This document shows positions 12,226 to 26,058 of a stretch of 64,000 nucleotides of DNA, piece by piece (the first letter of the stretch is position 1; each line of letters opens with the position of its first letter). A program made the translations under genes and the position numbers. Origin of the DNA: Anthoceros angustus (taxonomy: Eukaryota > Plantae > Anthocerotophyta). The notes under the pieces were generated by a model, which was not told where the DNA came from, searched no databases, and saw only the letters and a list, made by a program, of their open reading frames with translations. The DNA lies in the NCBI GenBank assembly GCA_010909165.1, contig MU008199.1, positions 645,425 to 709,424 of the forward strand, written 5' to 3'.

Positions 12226-15200
12226 ATGGCAGCTAATTTAAGGTTGGATACCTGCTCCACCGCTGCAGACGCCTCCCCGTTCCATTCCTCCAGCCATCGC
12301 AGCAACTTCGGGGGTCATAATTCCACCTTGGAGCGCTCCGCTAGCGTCCGGGATGTGCACGAGGGTAGCCGTGTGGTGGCAGCAGGAGCAGGAGCAGGAG
12401 GTGGTGTACCCGGCAACCCTTCTGGCAGCAGCGCTGGTCCCAACGGAGCCTTGTCGCACCAGGACAATTCTTCCCTGGTGAATGTGCTGTGGCTGGATAG
12501 TTTGCCAGTAGGAGAGCCGCGCCAACGCCAATCGGAACTCCGCAAGGCAATCAGTGTGGCAGTAGGTGCGCCCATGGATGCCACTCCTGGGGGGGCCCAG
12601 CCTAAGCATTTACATATGCAGACACCTGCTGAGATCAAGCAGCTTAAGGCTTGCTTGACGGACAATTGCACCAGGGCAAGGTGGGTTTGTCTAACCTGCC
12701 TGCCTCATCATCCTCCTTGTGCATAATCCTTGTCCAACTCAATTGCCTTGTTTCTCATGGCGACCTAAAGTAGCGACCACTGTGTAGTCAGTCTGTTGTG
12801 GACTCCTCCTATGTTCACGTATATGGGTTTTTGTCTCTATGTATGGGATGCAATCAAGTTGCTAGTGGGTGCATAGATATCTGGATATCAGCGTGATGTT
12901 AGAGATGGCTTTTTTGGGTTGCTGGACATGGTGCATTACAACACTTTGGATCACTAGAGACATGCAGTTTTAAGATCTGTTGTAGCTTCCCATTGTGGTC
13001 TTCATACTGATGGCTAGGTTGTGTTGTTTTTTGATACATCAGGGAACGTGTGAATAAACTTGGGGAAGCGGTGACTAAGTTGGAGAAGTTCCAAACTGGT
13101 GCAACTAGGAAGCGGTCCAGACCAGATGCAGCTTCCTACGAGAGGACTGTCTCCATGGAACGCTCTGGGACTGCTGCATATGTTTCCAAGGGAGGCCCAG
13201 GATTTGCCACAAACCATGCTGGCAGCACTGATTCTGGGATGCAGAAAGTTGGGGACAAAAGTAGAAACGCATCCCAGGCCATCACCAATGCTGCCCCTAA
13301 CAGTGCAGCGCCGAACAAGCGGATGCGGACGTCCTTGTCCTTGAGTGCTCAGAGACCTTTGCTTGACAGGGAGAGAGATCAGGCAAGGCTGAGTAGCTAT
13401 GCGGCCTCCCCTGTGGAGGACAAAGACAGATCTGTGCCTCTCAACAGTGACAAGGCAAAGATGAAAGGGCGCAGGTCTGGCATGAAGACAGATGTTGCTT
13501 CAGTAGCAGTGAACAACGGTTCTGCTGAAGGTGACCGTGATCTCAAGTGGAATGCTCAACAACAGCGGTTGAGTGCTGATACCCGCTCCAGACCCGTTGA
13601 TGTGCATGGCTTCAGGTAGACTCCTAATTTGAAGTCATGATCATGGGGCAGTCCCTTTGTTTGTTGGTGTTTTGGTCAGATATGATTCGGTATGGCTTCC
13701 TAGAGTGGTTTTTTGGGTGGTAACTGTGTGTGTCATTGTCTTTCAAGGAGGGTTGCAAATGTTGAGCTCTGCCTTTTCTTCTGGATGTCAGGCCTCCTAG
13801 AGAGGAGAATCCCTCTCCTAGTCCGACAGTTACCACCAAAGCGAAAGCTGCCAGGGCTCCAAGATCTGGCTCAGGAGCAGGTGGAAGCACTGTGTCTCAT
13901 ATTCCGCGTGGATCCTATCCTGGAGACAGTAGAGAGCGTTCATCTGGTACAGTGGTCAAGTGTGCACAACCCACTGCTTTGAATAACAGAAAGCGGCCAG
14001 CTCCAACGAGGTCCTCATCCCCTCCCACGCACTGGGTGGGTCAGAGGCCTCCAAAGATGGCCCGGATAGCACGGAGGATGATAAATGGCGCTGCTGGTGT
14101 TCCTGCATCTCGAGAGGGAAGCATCTCAGCAGAAGGTGCTGCTGGCCGTGAAGCCAGTGCAAGGCCTAACAGTGCTGGGGCGCCTGGGTCAGGTGCTCCA
14201 CGGAGGGCTGGAGGCCCGAGCACTCAGCTCCCTTCACACAGTAAGCCCAGAAGTGACAGGAATTCACAGCCTGTAGGTGCCTCTGATAGTGACGAATCTG
14301 ACGAGGACAATGAGAAGCTGAAAGAAAAAGGAAGAAAACATGGAATTTGGGATGAAAAGCCTGTCAGTGGGAATCAGAAAATGGGAAATGTGACTGCGCA
14401 GGCTAAAAAGACTCGAGTTGTGCCAAAGGAGGAGGTTGGTGATGGCATTCGGAGGCAAGGCAGGAGTGGCAGGGGCCCCTCTACTCCAAGAACTGGTGTA
14501 AGATCATCAATTACTGAAAAAGTCGAGGGCCCTGTTAATGCTAAACAGCTGAGAAGTACACGAGTGGTTGTTGAGAAGGCGGACAGGTTGGTTTTGCACT
14601 CTTTTTCAAGCCTGAATATCAAATCTATCCTACTTATCGCTGCCCGTTTTTAATCTTGGCTCCCGGTCAAGGTTATGTTGTCACTTGTTGGAGCTCATTT
14701 CAGTCAAATTGGTTGTGCATATTCAGTCTGGTTGGAAGACCGGGGAGGCCATCACTGAAAAAGAACATTATTGATCGCAAGCCAGTAACTAGACCACGGA
14801 GACCCATGGGAGGCCTAGCAGGGGATTTGTCAGGTTTTTCGATTAGAAATTTTCTCTGGATCTTCGATTTTGCTGAAGTGTTTGGCCTTATCATGTAATT
14901 GCATGTGGCAGACTGCATATGGTGCTCCAGATTATTGTACTTGTATCTATTATCTTCTCCTCATCTTTGCTGCTTTTGATCTTGCTAGGGGAGTCAGATG
15001 ACGACATTGAGGAGCTAAATACTGCTATAAAGCAAGCAGGGAATACAAGTGAGTTTATTGCTTTGTAGCTTAGATAACTCGATCCACCTGAATTCATACA
15101 TGGTGCTCAGAGCAGTAAAATGGAGGTAGTATTCTAATTTGTTCTATTTGATTTTGTGGTGTGTCCAGCTGCTGCATGCCCCAACGCCTTCTGGAAGCAA

Positions 15201-18177
15201 GTGGAACCCTACTTTGCTTTTGTGTCCCAAGAAGACCTTGGCTTTCTTCGTCAGCAAGTAAAATCTGTCGCCTATTTTTTCCATCATGTTGGGGAGATGA
15301 ATACCTTGCAGCATGAATTGTCTTCTTCTGGCCCATGTTTGATGCTTGTTGCTGTGAAGTCACTTCAGGAATTAAGGTTTGGTTGCTTATTATTTTTGCT
15401 TCATGCAGGTGGGGCCTTTGTATGATATAGATAATGTGGCTCAGATTCCTGGGCGTGCAGAACAACCTGGGAAGGTTTGTCCTTGCCCCTGCGGGGTGGC
15501 AGTTCACTTGTCATTAGTGCATCACAGCTGATGATAAAATTTAAAGGATAAGAATCAACTGTCTTATATCTTGCACTTTTTCAGGTGAGTTTGCTTGTGA
15601 AGTGTGTTCCACCAGTCAATCCAAACGTTGACAGTATTGGTGGGAGATCAGTGGGTATCAGCAATGGTATTGGGGGAATTGAAGATGGCATGGTTAAGAA
15701 GCTTATCCACGACCAGAACCACCATCATGATGGTTGTAAAGGGCCAAGGAGAGCCTCATGCAGTGTGTGGATTGACAAGGGTTCCTCCATCGCGCAGAGA
15801 CTCTTAGCAGCTATCATTCACGAGAAAGACATTGAAGATGCAAGGAAAAGCCAGGATGAAACTTGCGAAGTTGATGCATTGGGACATGTTTTGGGCTCCC
15901 CTGTTGGAGCCAATAGTCTAAGTGAGAACAACCGGGCTGACCATGAAAGGGAGGAAGAGAGTGATGGGGATTTGGGGAGAGATGGGGATTTTGGGAGACA
16001 TGATCCTGAAAGATGGAGTAGGCAGTCGAGAGAAAGTCAAGTGTTTGATGAGAATGGTGTTTCCAACGGTCATGGGTATTCGGGTGAGGGGAACTTCACC
16101 CACAGCAATGAGTTGGGTGAAGGAGATAGTGTATTGCGGGATGCCGAAGTGGAGGTGTCTGATGCTCCTCTGGAGGCCGTCCCTTCTGAAGAGTTTCTTC
16201 GAGGGGGTGGGTCAAGAAGCAAAGAAGGCAAGCAAGACGCAGGTAGACCCTTTGGATCAGTAGCAGGAATGGCAGCCTGGAAATTCCAGTGGGAGCGCAT
16301 GAGTGTGGATGAGAGGATACAAGTGGAGCTCCGAAGCATTGGATTGATAGTGGAACAAGGGGTAAGTTGAAGAGAATGTGCATGTCGTCTATGGTTGGTC
16401 AGGTGCTGGTAAAACGTACATTCACTAATTTGGTGGGCACAGCAGGTGCATATGGGTTCACGAGAAGAAGAAGATTCTTGTAAAGAATTGCAGAAGCTCC
16501 AGCGTGAATGTAACAACCAGGTGTGTGTCATTGATGATAACTGGTGGAGTATATCTTGGATTTTGTTGTAAAACAACTGTGCTTCTAAATTGTAGCAGAG
16601 GTCTGAGAGTTGTGCCAAAGCTTCTCTCTCACACATACTGGTCCCTGCTTCAGGTGTGTGTGAACCAGGTGCGAGTACATGCTCTTGAGAATACTGTCAG
16701 GGAGAATGATGAAAGGTGTGACAGCTTACCGTCCATCAAATTCTGTTATGATTGTCTAGGTCTGGGGACCTTCCAGTTTAGCATCATGGCCTAGAGGGAC
16801 TGGACAGGTAGACAAGGATTGCGGCACAGAATCATCTAACTTAATCATCTAACTTGTCTGTAACAGGGGACGGGAGCGTCTTGTGTTGTCGAAGTATGTG
16901 GAACTGGCTTACAATCGGCGAATACTGGTATTCTTTTCTTGTATACACAGGGTAGGATGTATGGCCATAATCTCGCAGTGGGCCAAGTTTTGATTAAGGA
17001 GAGGTGTAGCTATGGACTGTGCAGAATGTTTCATACTCAATGACCGCGGAGTGACTTTACGAGTACTGCTCCTGTTGTGCAGGGTTGTCGTGGTGGGAAG
17101 GAGGGCACCTCAGGAGGGAAGGGGTCTTCTGGTAAGGGTGCAAGAACAACCGCATTGGCATTTGCCAAAAGGGCATTGGATAGGGTGCGGAGGCATGAGG
17201 CAGGTGAGAGTTGCTTGTATAACGCCGGTCTCTGGGATGCATTAAACTGTGGGAATCCAAGAGAGACGTTATCAAACATCATCACAGTCAGAAGTATGGA
17301 GGGTGACAGTCCCGCACAACTTGGTGAAGTTGCTGCTAATGTCCCAGGTGGACACAGCCAGCCATCAGGTATTACATTTCGGTGCCTTCTTCCTGCCTAT
17401 TTCCCAAAGAGGCTACTTGACATCAGGTCCCTGATGTGTGGAACTTGAAAACTCGCAGCTGGGGCAGCAGCGGAAGGGGTGGGACGGCTTTCCTCAAGGC
17501 TGTATGATTCAAGAGTTAAAGTTGATACAGAGGTATTTGAAGGGTATACGCACTCGATTGGTGTAACTGAGCACATGAAGGTTAAGGAGGAATCCTGGCT
17601 CTCCCGGGTGAAAGAGAAGGAAATGCTCCTGGAAGATGTTGGTCAAGCTAGTGTAGGACATGAATTCAGTCAGTTTGGGAAATTGAACTGCCTTGGTGGC
17701 ACGAAAGGGAAGCGCAGTGAGCGGGACTGGGGAGGTAAAGGCCAAGGTCAACATCAAAGTCATGTGAAAGACACAGGTGCAATAGTCAAAGGTATGCGGC
17801 AGGGTATCTCAAGTGTCAAAGGTGAAAGGAAGACGAAAACCAAGCTGAGGCAGAAGATTGCGCCGCTCCCCAAAGGTGTTAACGGTTTGGTAGGCAGACC
17901 ACATGAGCATCACGGAGGTGCACCGTTTGCCTCTCAAGACCCTAATGGCAATGGCGTAGGCAAGGTAGATTCTGTACTGAGCGCAACAAAATCACGGCAG
18001 GAGTCAGATGAGCAAGTAGTAGACCTCTCTCACATTCCTATACCGGGAATAGACGAGCTTGGAGTCACTGAGAACTGGTTGGATTTTGAAGAAATAGGTC
18101 TACAAGCAACTGGCGAAGCCATGATGGGTCTAGATGTTCCAATGGATGATCTCTCCGAGCTTCACATGATGATGTAG
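12226..18177 (+). CDS. ADA3: Plant SAGA histone-acetyltransferase complex subunit, ADA3-like/SCS family (similar to Arabidopsis AT4G29790/AT2G19390/AT5G22450); 13 coding exons, ~1374 aa
   Basis: Manually spliced exons with GT-AG introns and consistent phases: 12226-12680, 13043-13615, 13792-14586, 14727-14833, 14989-15048, 15169-15257, 15409-15474, 15585-16361, 16446-16520, 16654-16715, 16867-16927, 17083-17368, 17459-18177 (4125 nt). Family motifs: WVGQRPPKMARIARR, GDGIRRQGRSGRG, ESDDDIEEL, FWKQVEPYFAFVS, ALAFAKRALDR, GGTKGKRSERD, KGERKTKTKLRQK and the C-terminal GLDVPMDDLSEL. Confidence 0.88.
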
Positions 18178-19019
18178 ATTGCATTGAGGAAGGAGTGGCT
18201 GGCCTTGTCACATCCGTTGCTGAAGGGGTTGCAGGGCCGGTGTCTAACCATATCATGCAACAGCGTTCCCTGGAATTTGTCGAAAAGCAGGCTGTTAGGA
18301 CCAGAGAAAGTACTCTGAATCCTGCAGCACCTCTGAGATTGGATTGACTTTACCGACGGCAACTGTACACTCTTTGCAAAGTGATTGTAGGAACCTTGTA
18401 CACAGTAGGTGACCCCCTTTGATCTGGTAGCATCTCATGCATGTGGGGAGATTTGTCATGCCGAATTGGGTGGCAAGTTGGGTTCCCCTCTTCCCACATC
18501 TTGACTCTACTCTGCATCTTCAATAACAGCTCCTCGTCGTCCTTGTATTGTAGTCTTGGATAGTTAAACAGTTTCAGGCCACTATTGTATTAGCGGACAT
18601 ACTGCTGCTGGTTATCTGCAGATTCTTCATTGGCGTGTACTTTCTCCGCCCAAGAGACTTTCCATCTTCGTTTCCCTTTCTCCTTTAAACACTGGTTGCC
18701 TAAGATCGGCTGCTCGGCCACGGCTCCCTCCAGCTTCCACCACATGAGGCAAGCGAAAGGAAAGTGCGAAAAGCAACGGCTTAAGACATCCGCAAATCCA
18801 GTCTTGCTGTAAGTGCTTCTAGTGTTTTTTGTAGTGTGTTTTTTATAGGGGCATTTCCCAATTGGGAGGTGTTTCTTTGACTTGAGTCAAATGGTGCTCT
18901 CTTCCAATGAAGATGCGCTTCACGAGAGCACGCAAAATACGTCTGGCTAGCTTTGCGACCCCCGTCAGACATGTTAGAATCTATTATGTTCACAGTTTTT
19001 ATTCTTTAGCACATATGGT

Positions 19020-20080
19020 AATAATTTATTAAGGGGAAAAAAGTAGCCATTCAAGCCCATCTTGCAGGGGACAACCAAGGGGGACCCCGAGGGTCAAGGT
19101 GAAAGGGAGCGACTAAGCTCCCTAAGTATAGTCACCTATTGCTCCCATAATGTCATATGCAGGAAAAACAAACGGCTTGCAAACCACAGAGGAAGAGGAA
19201 GAAGCGTTACCTGCGGTTGCCGCTTTGTGAAAAATTGTCGTCGAGAGGGCCCTTTGAGGGGCAATTGAAACTCACTGTCTGAAGTATGCAATGAAGTAGG
19301 AAAGAGACAGCCCCGCGCCGTGCTTGCGGGCGTGGTAAGCTTTGGCGCAGGACTTCGAAAATTTATCGAAGTCCTCGGCCATCGCCCCATACTTTTCAAG
19401 TGCGAGTGGAATAAAGAGGTGGCCTGCTTGCATCTCGCTATACTTCCTGATCTTGAGAGTCGCTGCTCCGGCACCAGCCCAACCTGAGCAGTTAATGAGG
19501 GCTTGAGCAGAGATGGTGTCTCGCAAGGTTCAATTACCATCACATCCGCCACCAAAACCTGGTCGCCACGGACAAGGTACAAGTCAACCCTCATTGAGCA
19601 ACTTGTACGAAGAGTGTACCTCCACTCCCTCAAAGCCATGTAGCCGCTTTTGCGAGCTATAGCAACCAAGACATCGCGGACGGTATCGTGGATGGTGATG
19701 CGATGACCCTCATGGGGACAACAAGCAAGGTGTACTCGAGAGTCATCGAGGGCAGGGTAAGGAGGGAGGAAGCCACAGGCTGGAGCAGGACAAGAAGGAA
19801 ACGCATCGTAGTAGTGAAAGTGGTTGGTGCAATATGAAAACCCTGTATGCATGGACAAGCCAGTAGCCAAGCACCAGCGCCCTTCCCAGAACAAGAGTGA
19901 AGCCAAGCTTTGGTGGACCTGGAGATGAAGGAGTCCAAGAGGACGGACTAGAAAGCCTTCTGCTGCTGGCCAAGCTGCTTCTCAAGCAACGACACTTGCA
20001 CCCCCTGAAACCATCGGTGATAAATATCAAAAAAAAGAGGGAATTCCCTCCGAGCATCCGTAGATAACATATCCCTCACC
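19020..20080 (-). mobile_element. CRE-clade non-LTR retrotransposon 2, 3' part (RLE domain + 3' UTR); split by the copia at 20081
   Basis: Motifs AWLHSCSGKGAGAWLLACP, C..EGHRITIHDTVRD, RVDLYLVRGDQVLVADV, KIRKY..FIPLALEKYG and YFRQ. Minus-strand AATAAA at 19025-19030. Confidence 0.85.
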
Positions 20081-20341
20081 TGAAGGATCGTGTGGCAGCC
20101 CATGATGGTGGATAGAGGAGAGGAGAGAAGGAGGCAAGAGTAGCTCTCTCACCTTGAGATGAGGCTTGCAGGGTATTTATACCCTCCAATAGGGCTCCCT
20201 AGGAAGCTCCACAAAAAGCCCTAAGAAGGAGCACAAGAAGCTTCCTGGTAATTAGCTTAAGCTAAACTAATGATACTTAACTGACACCTAACTTAGACTA
20301 AGTGTATTAGTCTAAGTACATTGGGCTTTAATACCCTTACA
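20081..20341 (-). repeat. 3' LTR of copia 1
   Basis: Direct repeat of 26059-26312; adjacent to the PPT. Confidence 0.93.
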
Positions 20342-22430
20342 ACCTCCCACTTAAAGGCCAATTTACCTTCGTGAAGAATGGACTATCTCATGCCCATCGT
20401 GTCCGAGCTTGTGCAAATTGCTCGTAGAGTCCCTTGGTAAGAATATCTGAGGTTCGGTGGTGTGAACCTTGACAAGTTGTACCCTCTTGTCGTCCAACAC
20501 CTCTCGAATGAAGTGATACTTCGCATCCACATGTTTAGTCTTCGCATGAAACACTTGGATTCTTTGCCAATTGGATAGCACTGCTATCACAATGCAACAC
20601 CGGCACTCAACCTTGATCCCCAAGTCTCCCACTAAACGAGCAAGCCATATGGCTTCCTTGCAAGCCTCGCCGCAACATACTCGGCCTCTGTGGTAGATAG
20701 CGAATGCACGATCGCAAACGAGATCGCCATGAGGCGCCCCTCAGTGCACATGAAGACATAACGATGTGGACCTCCTTTGTCCATATCCCAGCATAATCGC
20801 ATCGTGTACCCAACCACACATGCATCTTCACTACCAAAACATATGCACAAAGCTTTTGTACCATTCGGATACCTCATAACTCCTTTCCTCCCAATGCTTC
20901 TTGCCGTGGTTTGACATAAACCGCTAACCACTCCACGCAAAGGCAATGTCGGGACGTGTAGCAATCATTGCATACATCAAACTCCCTACATGATGAGTAT
21001 GGGACCTTCTCCATTTCACTTTGTCCTCCTCGAGCTTGGGCAATCCGGCTTGAAAGTTTCACATATGGAGGCAATGGGTACCCAATGGCTTCCCTTCTCC
21101 ATGTTGAAGCGTTGAAGCACCCTGTTAATGTATTGCGAGACAAATAAAGCGGGCTTATGCATTCCGGAATCGCATGCCAAGTATATGGCCTCTCCCAAGT
21201 CTGTCATTTCAAAGTGAGCATTCAACTTTGACTTCAACAAATCTCATCATCTTGTTCAACAATTAGCATATCATCCACATAGAGGATCAAAATGAGCAAG
21301 CTTTGATCCTTAGCTTGCTTTGTATAGAGGCAATGATCCTCATCGCTACGTTTGTAGCCTTGAGAAAGCATAAATGAGTGGAACTTGTGATACCACTCTC
21401 TGGGTGCCTGTTTCAAACCATAAAGGCTCTTCCTCAACCTGCACACCAGATGCTCTTTGCCCTTCTCAACAAAACCTTCTGGTTGCTGCATGTAGACGTC
21501 CTCTTGAAGGTCACCATGCAAGAATGCCGTCTTGACATCCATCTGTACAAGTTCCATATCATTCCTGGCAACCAAAGCAAGAACACATCGCAAAGTTGTC
21601 ATTTTGACTACTGGTGAGAAAATCTCATCAAAGTCAATGCACAGTTGTTGCTTGAAACCCTTAGCAACCAATCGTGCCTTGTACTTTGGTTTGCCATCAA
21701 GGTATGACCTTCATCTTGTACACCCATTTGCAGTGGTGCCTTCTTATCCTTAAACGAACCAACTCCCAAGTTTGGTTCTTATGCACAATTCATTTCGATC
21801 GCATGGCCTTCTCCCACTTCTTTGTTACTCGTTGACATGGCCTCTTTGTAAGAAGAGGGTTCCCACAATCTGTCGGCATAACATAATCCAGATGGATCAT
21901 ACTGTCGGAGGTGTAATCACGACCTCGACACGGGCACCTCTATAGGTGCTTGTTCGACTCTTGGTTCATCTATCGGTGGAGGAATGTGCTCACGCACATT
22001 ACCACGGTTATCAACACCCATGATGATCATGTCCATCTTCTTGGAAGATCACCCTTCGCACCTCCACGCTTGGAGTAGGCTTCCTGCATCTTGTTCTCAT
22101 TGAAGAATACGTCGTTAGTACGAACAACCTTTCTAGCTTCTGGATCCCATAAACGGTATCCCATCTCACCAAAATCACCATAGCCAAGAAAAATACATTT
22201 CTTGGACTTAGGTGCCAACTTGTCCCGAAACTCTTTTGGAACATGGCGGTATGCCTCACAAACACTCGCAGATGCTTGTAGGATGGTTTCTTTCCGGACC
22301 ATAGCTCCTCGGAACTGCTCATCAACCTTATTAGGAGATCATTAATAAGATGAACTGCAGTGAACCGCACGCCCAAAACCCATTAGGCAATCCGAGTTTG
22401 ACAACAAACTACGCATCCTCTCACGAATGG

Positions 22431-24738
22431 TTCTGCTCATCCGCCCACACCATTTTGTGGAGGAGTATACTGCAAATAATTTTGATTCCCTTGGAATCAC
22501 GTAATGACCGAAAGCTAAACATACTCCACCATTATCCGCCCTTAGACACTTCAATCGGTGATCGATTCTCTACAAGGGTGACAAATTTCAAACACCGTAA
22601 CTTCATCCTTTTTCCTCAAAGGATAAACCCACACCTTGCGTGAGAAATCATCTATGAAAGTGACAAAATAGAGGCACCGCCTAATGATGCAAGAGGCATA
22701 GGTCCACATACATCACGAACCAACTCAAGAGGTTTACTACTTTACCTCTTGTTCGATGTGATGATTTTGTCTGCTTCCCATATAAACAAAGGCTCACACA
22801 TCGAGAGATCGAGAAGTTAAGAACAGGATATAACCGTAACGAGATAAAACCTTCATTCCCTTCTCGAGACATATGTCCTAACCGCAATGCCACAAGGAAA
22901 CATTTGGTCGTCACACGATCACATGATCTTTTGATGTTTACAAGTGAGTACAAAGTGCCACACTCGATCCACGAGCTAACACAAGAGAACCTTTGGAGAT
23001 CTTCCAAGAGTGATCCCCAAACCAGTGGTAACCAAAGATCATCCAACCGCCCCGCTAATCATGCTCTTTGTCAACTTCGAACATGCCTAACGCCCTTCAA
23101 AGATGAATGAAGATCCGTTGTCAAACTTGAGTTGCACATCACCTACGCGCGATCCGCATGCATAGTTATTTCCAAGCCTAACGCATCCTTTCCTTGTAGC
23201 ATCATACGTGCTAAACCACTCTCTATGCGGAGTAACATGGAAAGATGCACCGTAGTCAATTATCCAATTGCGTAATAAATGACTATCCACGGTCAACATT
23301 GTGCAAGATTCAAGTAAGAAGAGATAAGGACATCTCCGCCCTCGTAGTTTAACTCTTCCAACTCGATGCATAAGTCGCCTGGCCCCGCTTCTTCTCTTTC
23401 CTTGGTCCTTTTGAACTTCTCGCACTCTCTTTGAAGTGACCCTTTGTGACAATAGTGACACTCCACATTCTTGTTACGACTACGAGATTTGCTACGAGAG
23501 AAGCTTCGTCCGGCTTCCCTTCGCAGGGACCTCCCTCTCACTATGAGGGCACCGGAACCTTTGGAAGGTTCCATGTTTTTCCTGCTCACCTCCTCGCCAC
23601 ACCATTTTGTGGAGGAGTATCTGGTGATCAATTCTCTTTTGATTCCCTTGGAATCACGGAATGGGAAAGCTTTCGAACATACTCCACCATTATCCGCCCT
23701 TAGACACTTCAATCGGTGGCGGTGATTCTCTACAAGGGTGACAAATTTAAAAACTCGAACTTCATCCTTTCCTCAAAGGATAAACCCACACCTTGCGTGA
23801 GAAATCATCTATGAAAGTGACAAAATAGAGGCACCGCCTAATGATGATGAGCATAGGTCCACATACATCATGTGAACCAACTCAAGAGGTTTACTCTACT
23901 TTTACCTCTTGTTCGATGTGATGATTTTGTCTGCTTCCCATATAAGCAGTGCTCACACATCGAGAGATCGAGAAGTTAAAGGAGGATATAACGAGCGAGA
24001 TAAAACCTTCATTCCCTTCTCGAGACATATGTCCCGGCAATGCCACAAGGAAACATTTGGCTTTCAACCTGAATCACATGATCTTTTGGATGTTTACAAG
24101 TGAGTACAAAGTGCCACACTTGATCCACGAGCTAACACAAGAGAACCTTTGGAGATCTTCCAAGAGTGATCCCCAAACCAAGGTAACCAAAGATCATCCA
24201 AGCATCTGCGCTAATCATGCTCTTTGTCAACTTGAACATGCCTAACGTCCTTGACATGAATGAAGATCCGTTGTCAAACTTGAGTTGCACATCACCTACG
24301 CGCGATCCGCATGCATAGTTATTTCCAAGCCTAACGCATCCTTTCCTTGTAGCATCATACGTGCTAAACCACTCTCTATGAGTAACATGGAAAGATGCAC
24401 CGTAGTCAATTATCCAATTGCGAATAAATGACTATCCACATTAATTGTGCAAGATTCAAGTAAGAAGAGATAAGGACATCTCCGTCCTCAACGAGTTTAA
24501 CTCTTCCAACTGACGAGTTCTTGTCGTCTGCTTCTTCTCTTTCCTTGGTCCTTTTGAACTTCTCGCACTCTCTTTGAAGTGACCCTTTGTGACAATAGTG
24601 ACACTCCACATTCTTGTTACGACTACGAGATTTGCTACGAGAGAAACACGTCCGGTTGCTTCCCTTCGCGTGGACCTCCCTCTCACTATGAGGGCACCGG
24701 AACCTTTGGAAGGTTCCATGTTTTCTGTTCACCTCCTC
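22431..24738. repeat. Tandem duplication A (~1.15-kb unit; gag-end/protease/integrase start of copia 1)
   Basis: ~22431-23580 is repeated at ~23581-24738 (e.g. MKCLRADNGG and VECHYCHKG each occur twice). Confidence 0.9.
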
Positions 24739-25404
24739 GGTTAACAGGCTACCTTCTACATTTACAATGGTAAGACCACTAGCGATTACTCGGCTGCGAA
24801 AGGTGTCCCAACTCTCCGTAATGTGACCATGAAACATAGCTCTCACGGAATGCAGGAATGTGATACCTTGAGATGAGAGCTGGCTGAAAATGGTATTGAA
24901 ATCATTCGGATGATCGGACATCCTCGTCCCTTCCTTCATCTTCAAGTCCACCATGTTTCAACCAATACACCGAGAAGCCGCACTTTGCTTCTCATCAGTC
25001 CTACGACACGCATCGTAACTCGTGGTCTTATCTTTCACATTGAAGTACTGCTTTTGACAATGTTAGCATGATAGTAGATCTAGCAAGCTCATCCAGTCCC
25101 GCCACTCATCACATGTCATACTATCCGGTTTGACGCCTAACAACTTTATGGGCTTGATGCGCTTTTCACTAGAACATTATACACTTGTTCTTTCGAGCGG
25201 GAAGTTAGTACCATCTAACTTCTCGATATTGAACATAGCGTTTTCGATGATGAAGACATCATGACTCAAAAATCGTCTGATAAAACACACTCGCCTTGTC
25301 GGAAAAGTCAAAGAAGAAAGCGATCCGTCGGTGTGTATTTTGCGTTGACTATTCCACTGAGTATTCGCGAATATTTTACGCTCACCGCGGCACCGCAACT
25401 TCTG

Positions 25405-25975
25405 TCTGCGCGCGCGCTGCGCGCCGCGCGCGCGCTGCGCGGCCACGCGCCGCGCCCGCCGCGCCGCGCCGCGCCGCCGCGCGCGCCCGCCGCGCCCGCC
25501 GCGCCCAGCGCGCCCGCCGCGGCGCGCGCTGCGGCGCGCCGCGCCGCGGCGCGCCGCGCCTGCGGCGCGCCGCGCGGCTGCGCGCCGCGCTGCGGCCCGC
25601 GCCGCGGCGCCACCGCGCCCGGCCGCGCCGCGGCCGCGCCGCGCGCGCGGCCGCGCGCCGCCAGCGCGCGCGCCCGCCGCGGCGCGCCGCCCGCCGCGCC
25701 GCGGCGCCGCTGCCGCCGGCGCCGCGCGCGCGCCGCGCGCCGCCAGCGCGCCCCGCTCGCGGCCGCGCCCGGCCGCCGCGGCCGCCGCGCCGCGGCGCGC
25801 CGCGCCACGGCCCGCCGCGCCCGCCGCGGCCGCGGCGCTGCGCGCGCGGCCGCCGCGGCCCGCCGCGGCCCAGGCCCGCCGGCCTCCACGGCCGGCCCGC
25901 CGCCGCGGCCGCGCCGCGGCCGCGGCGCCTCGCTCACGGCCTCGCCCGCGCGCGCTGCGGCCCGCGGCTCGCGCG
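25405..25975. other. Extreme G/C low-complexity tract in the copia 1 leader
   Basis: ~570 nt of almost only GCGC/GCCGC with sparse A/T. Confidence 0.9.
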
Positions 25976-26058
25976 ATCTGGATCACCGCAATTCCACGGT
26001 GCGCTCGGCTAGAAAATTCTAGCATCACAACACAACCAAACCAAAGCTCGATACCGGT

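Noticed and set aside
16518-16661. 11-bp direct repeat CAGGTGTGTGT at both ends of intron 9 (possible recent intron gain)
   Set aside because: Explained by the CAG|GT consensus plus GT low complexity. The intron position also seems shared with angiosperm homologues, from memory.
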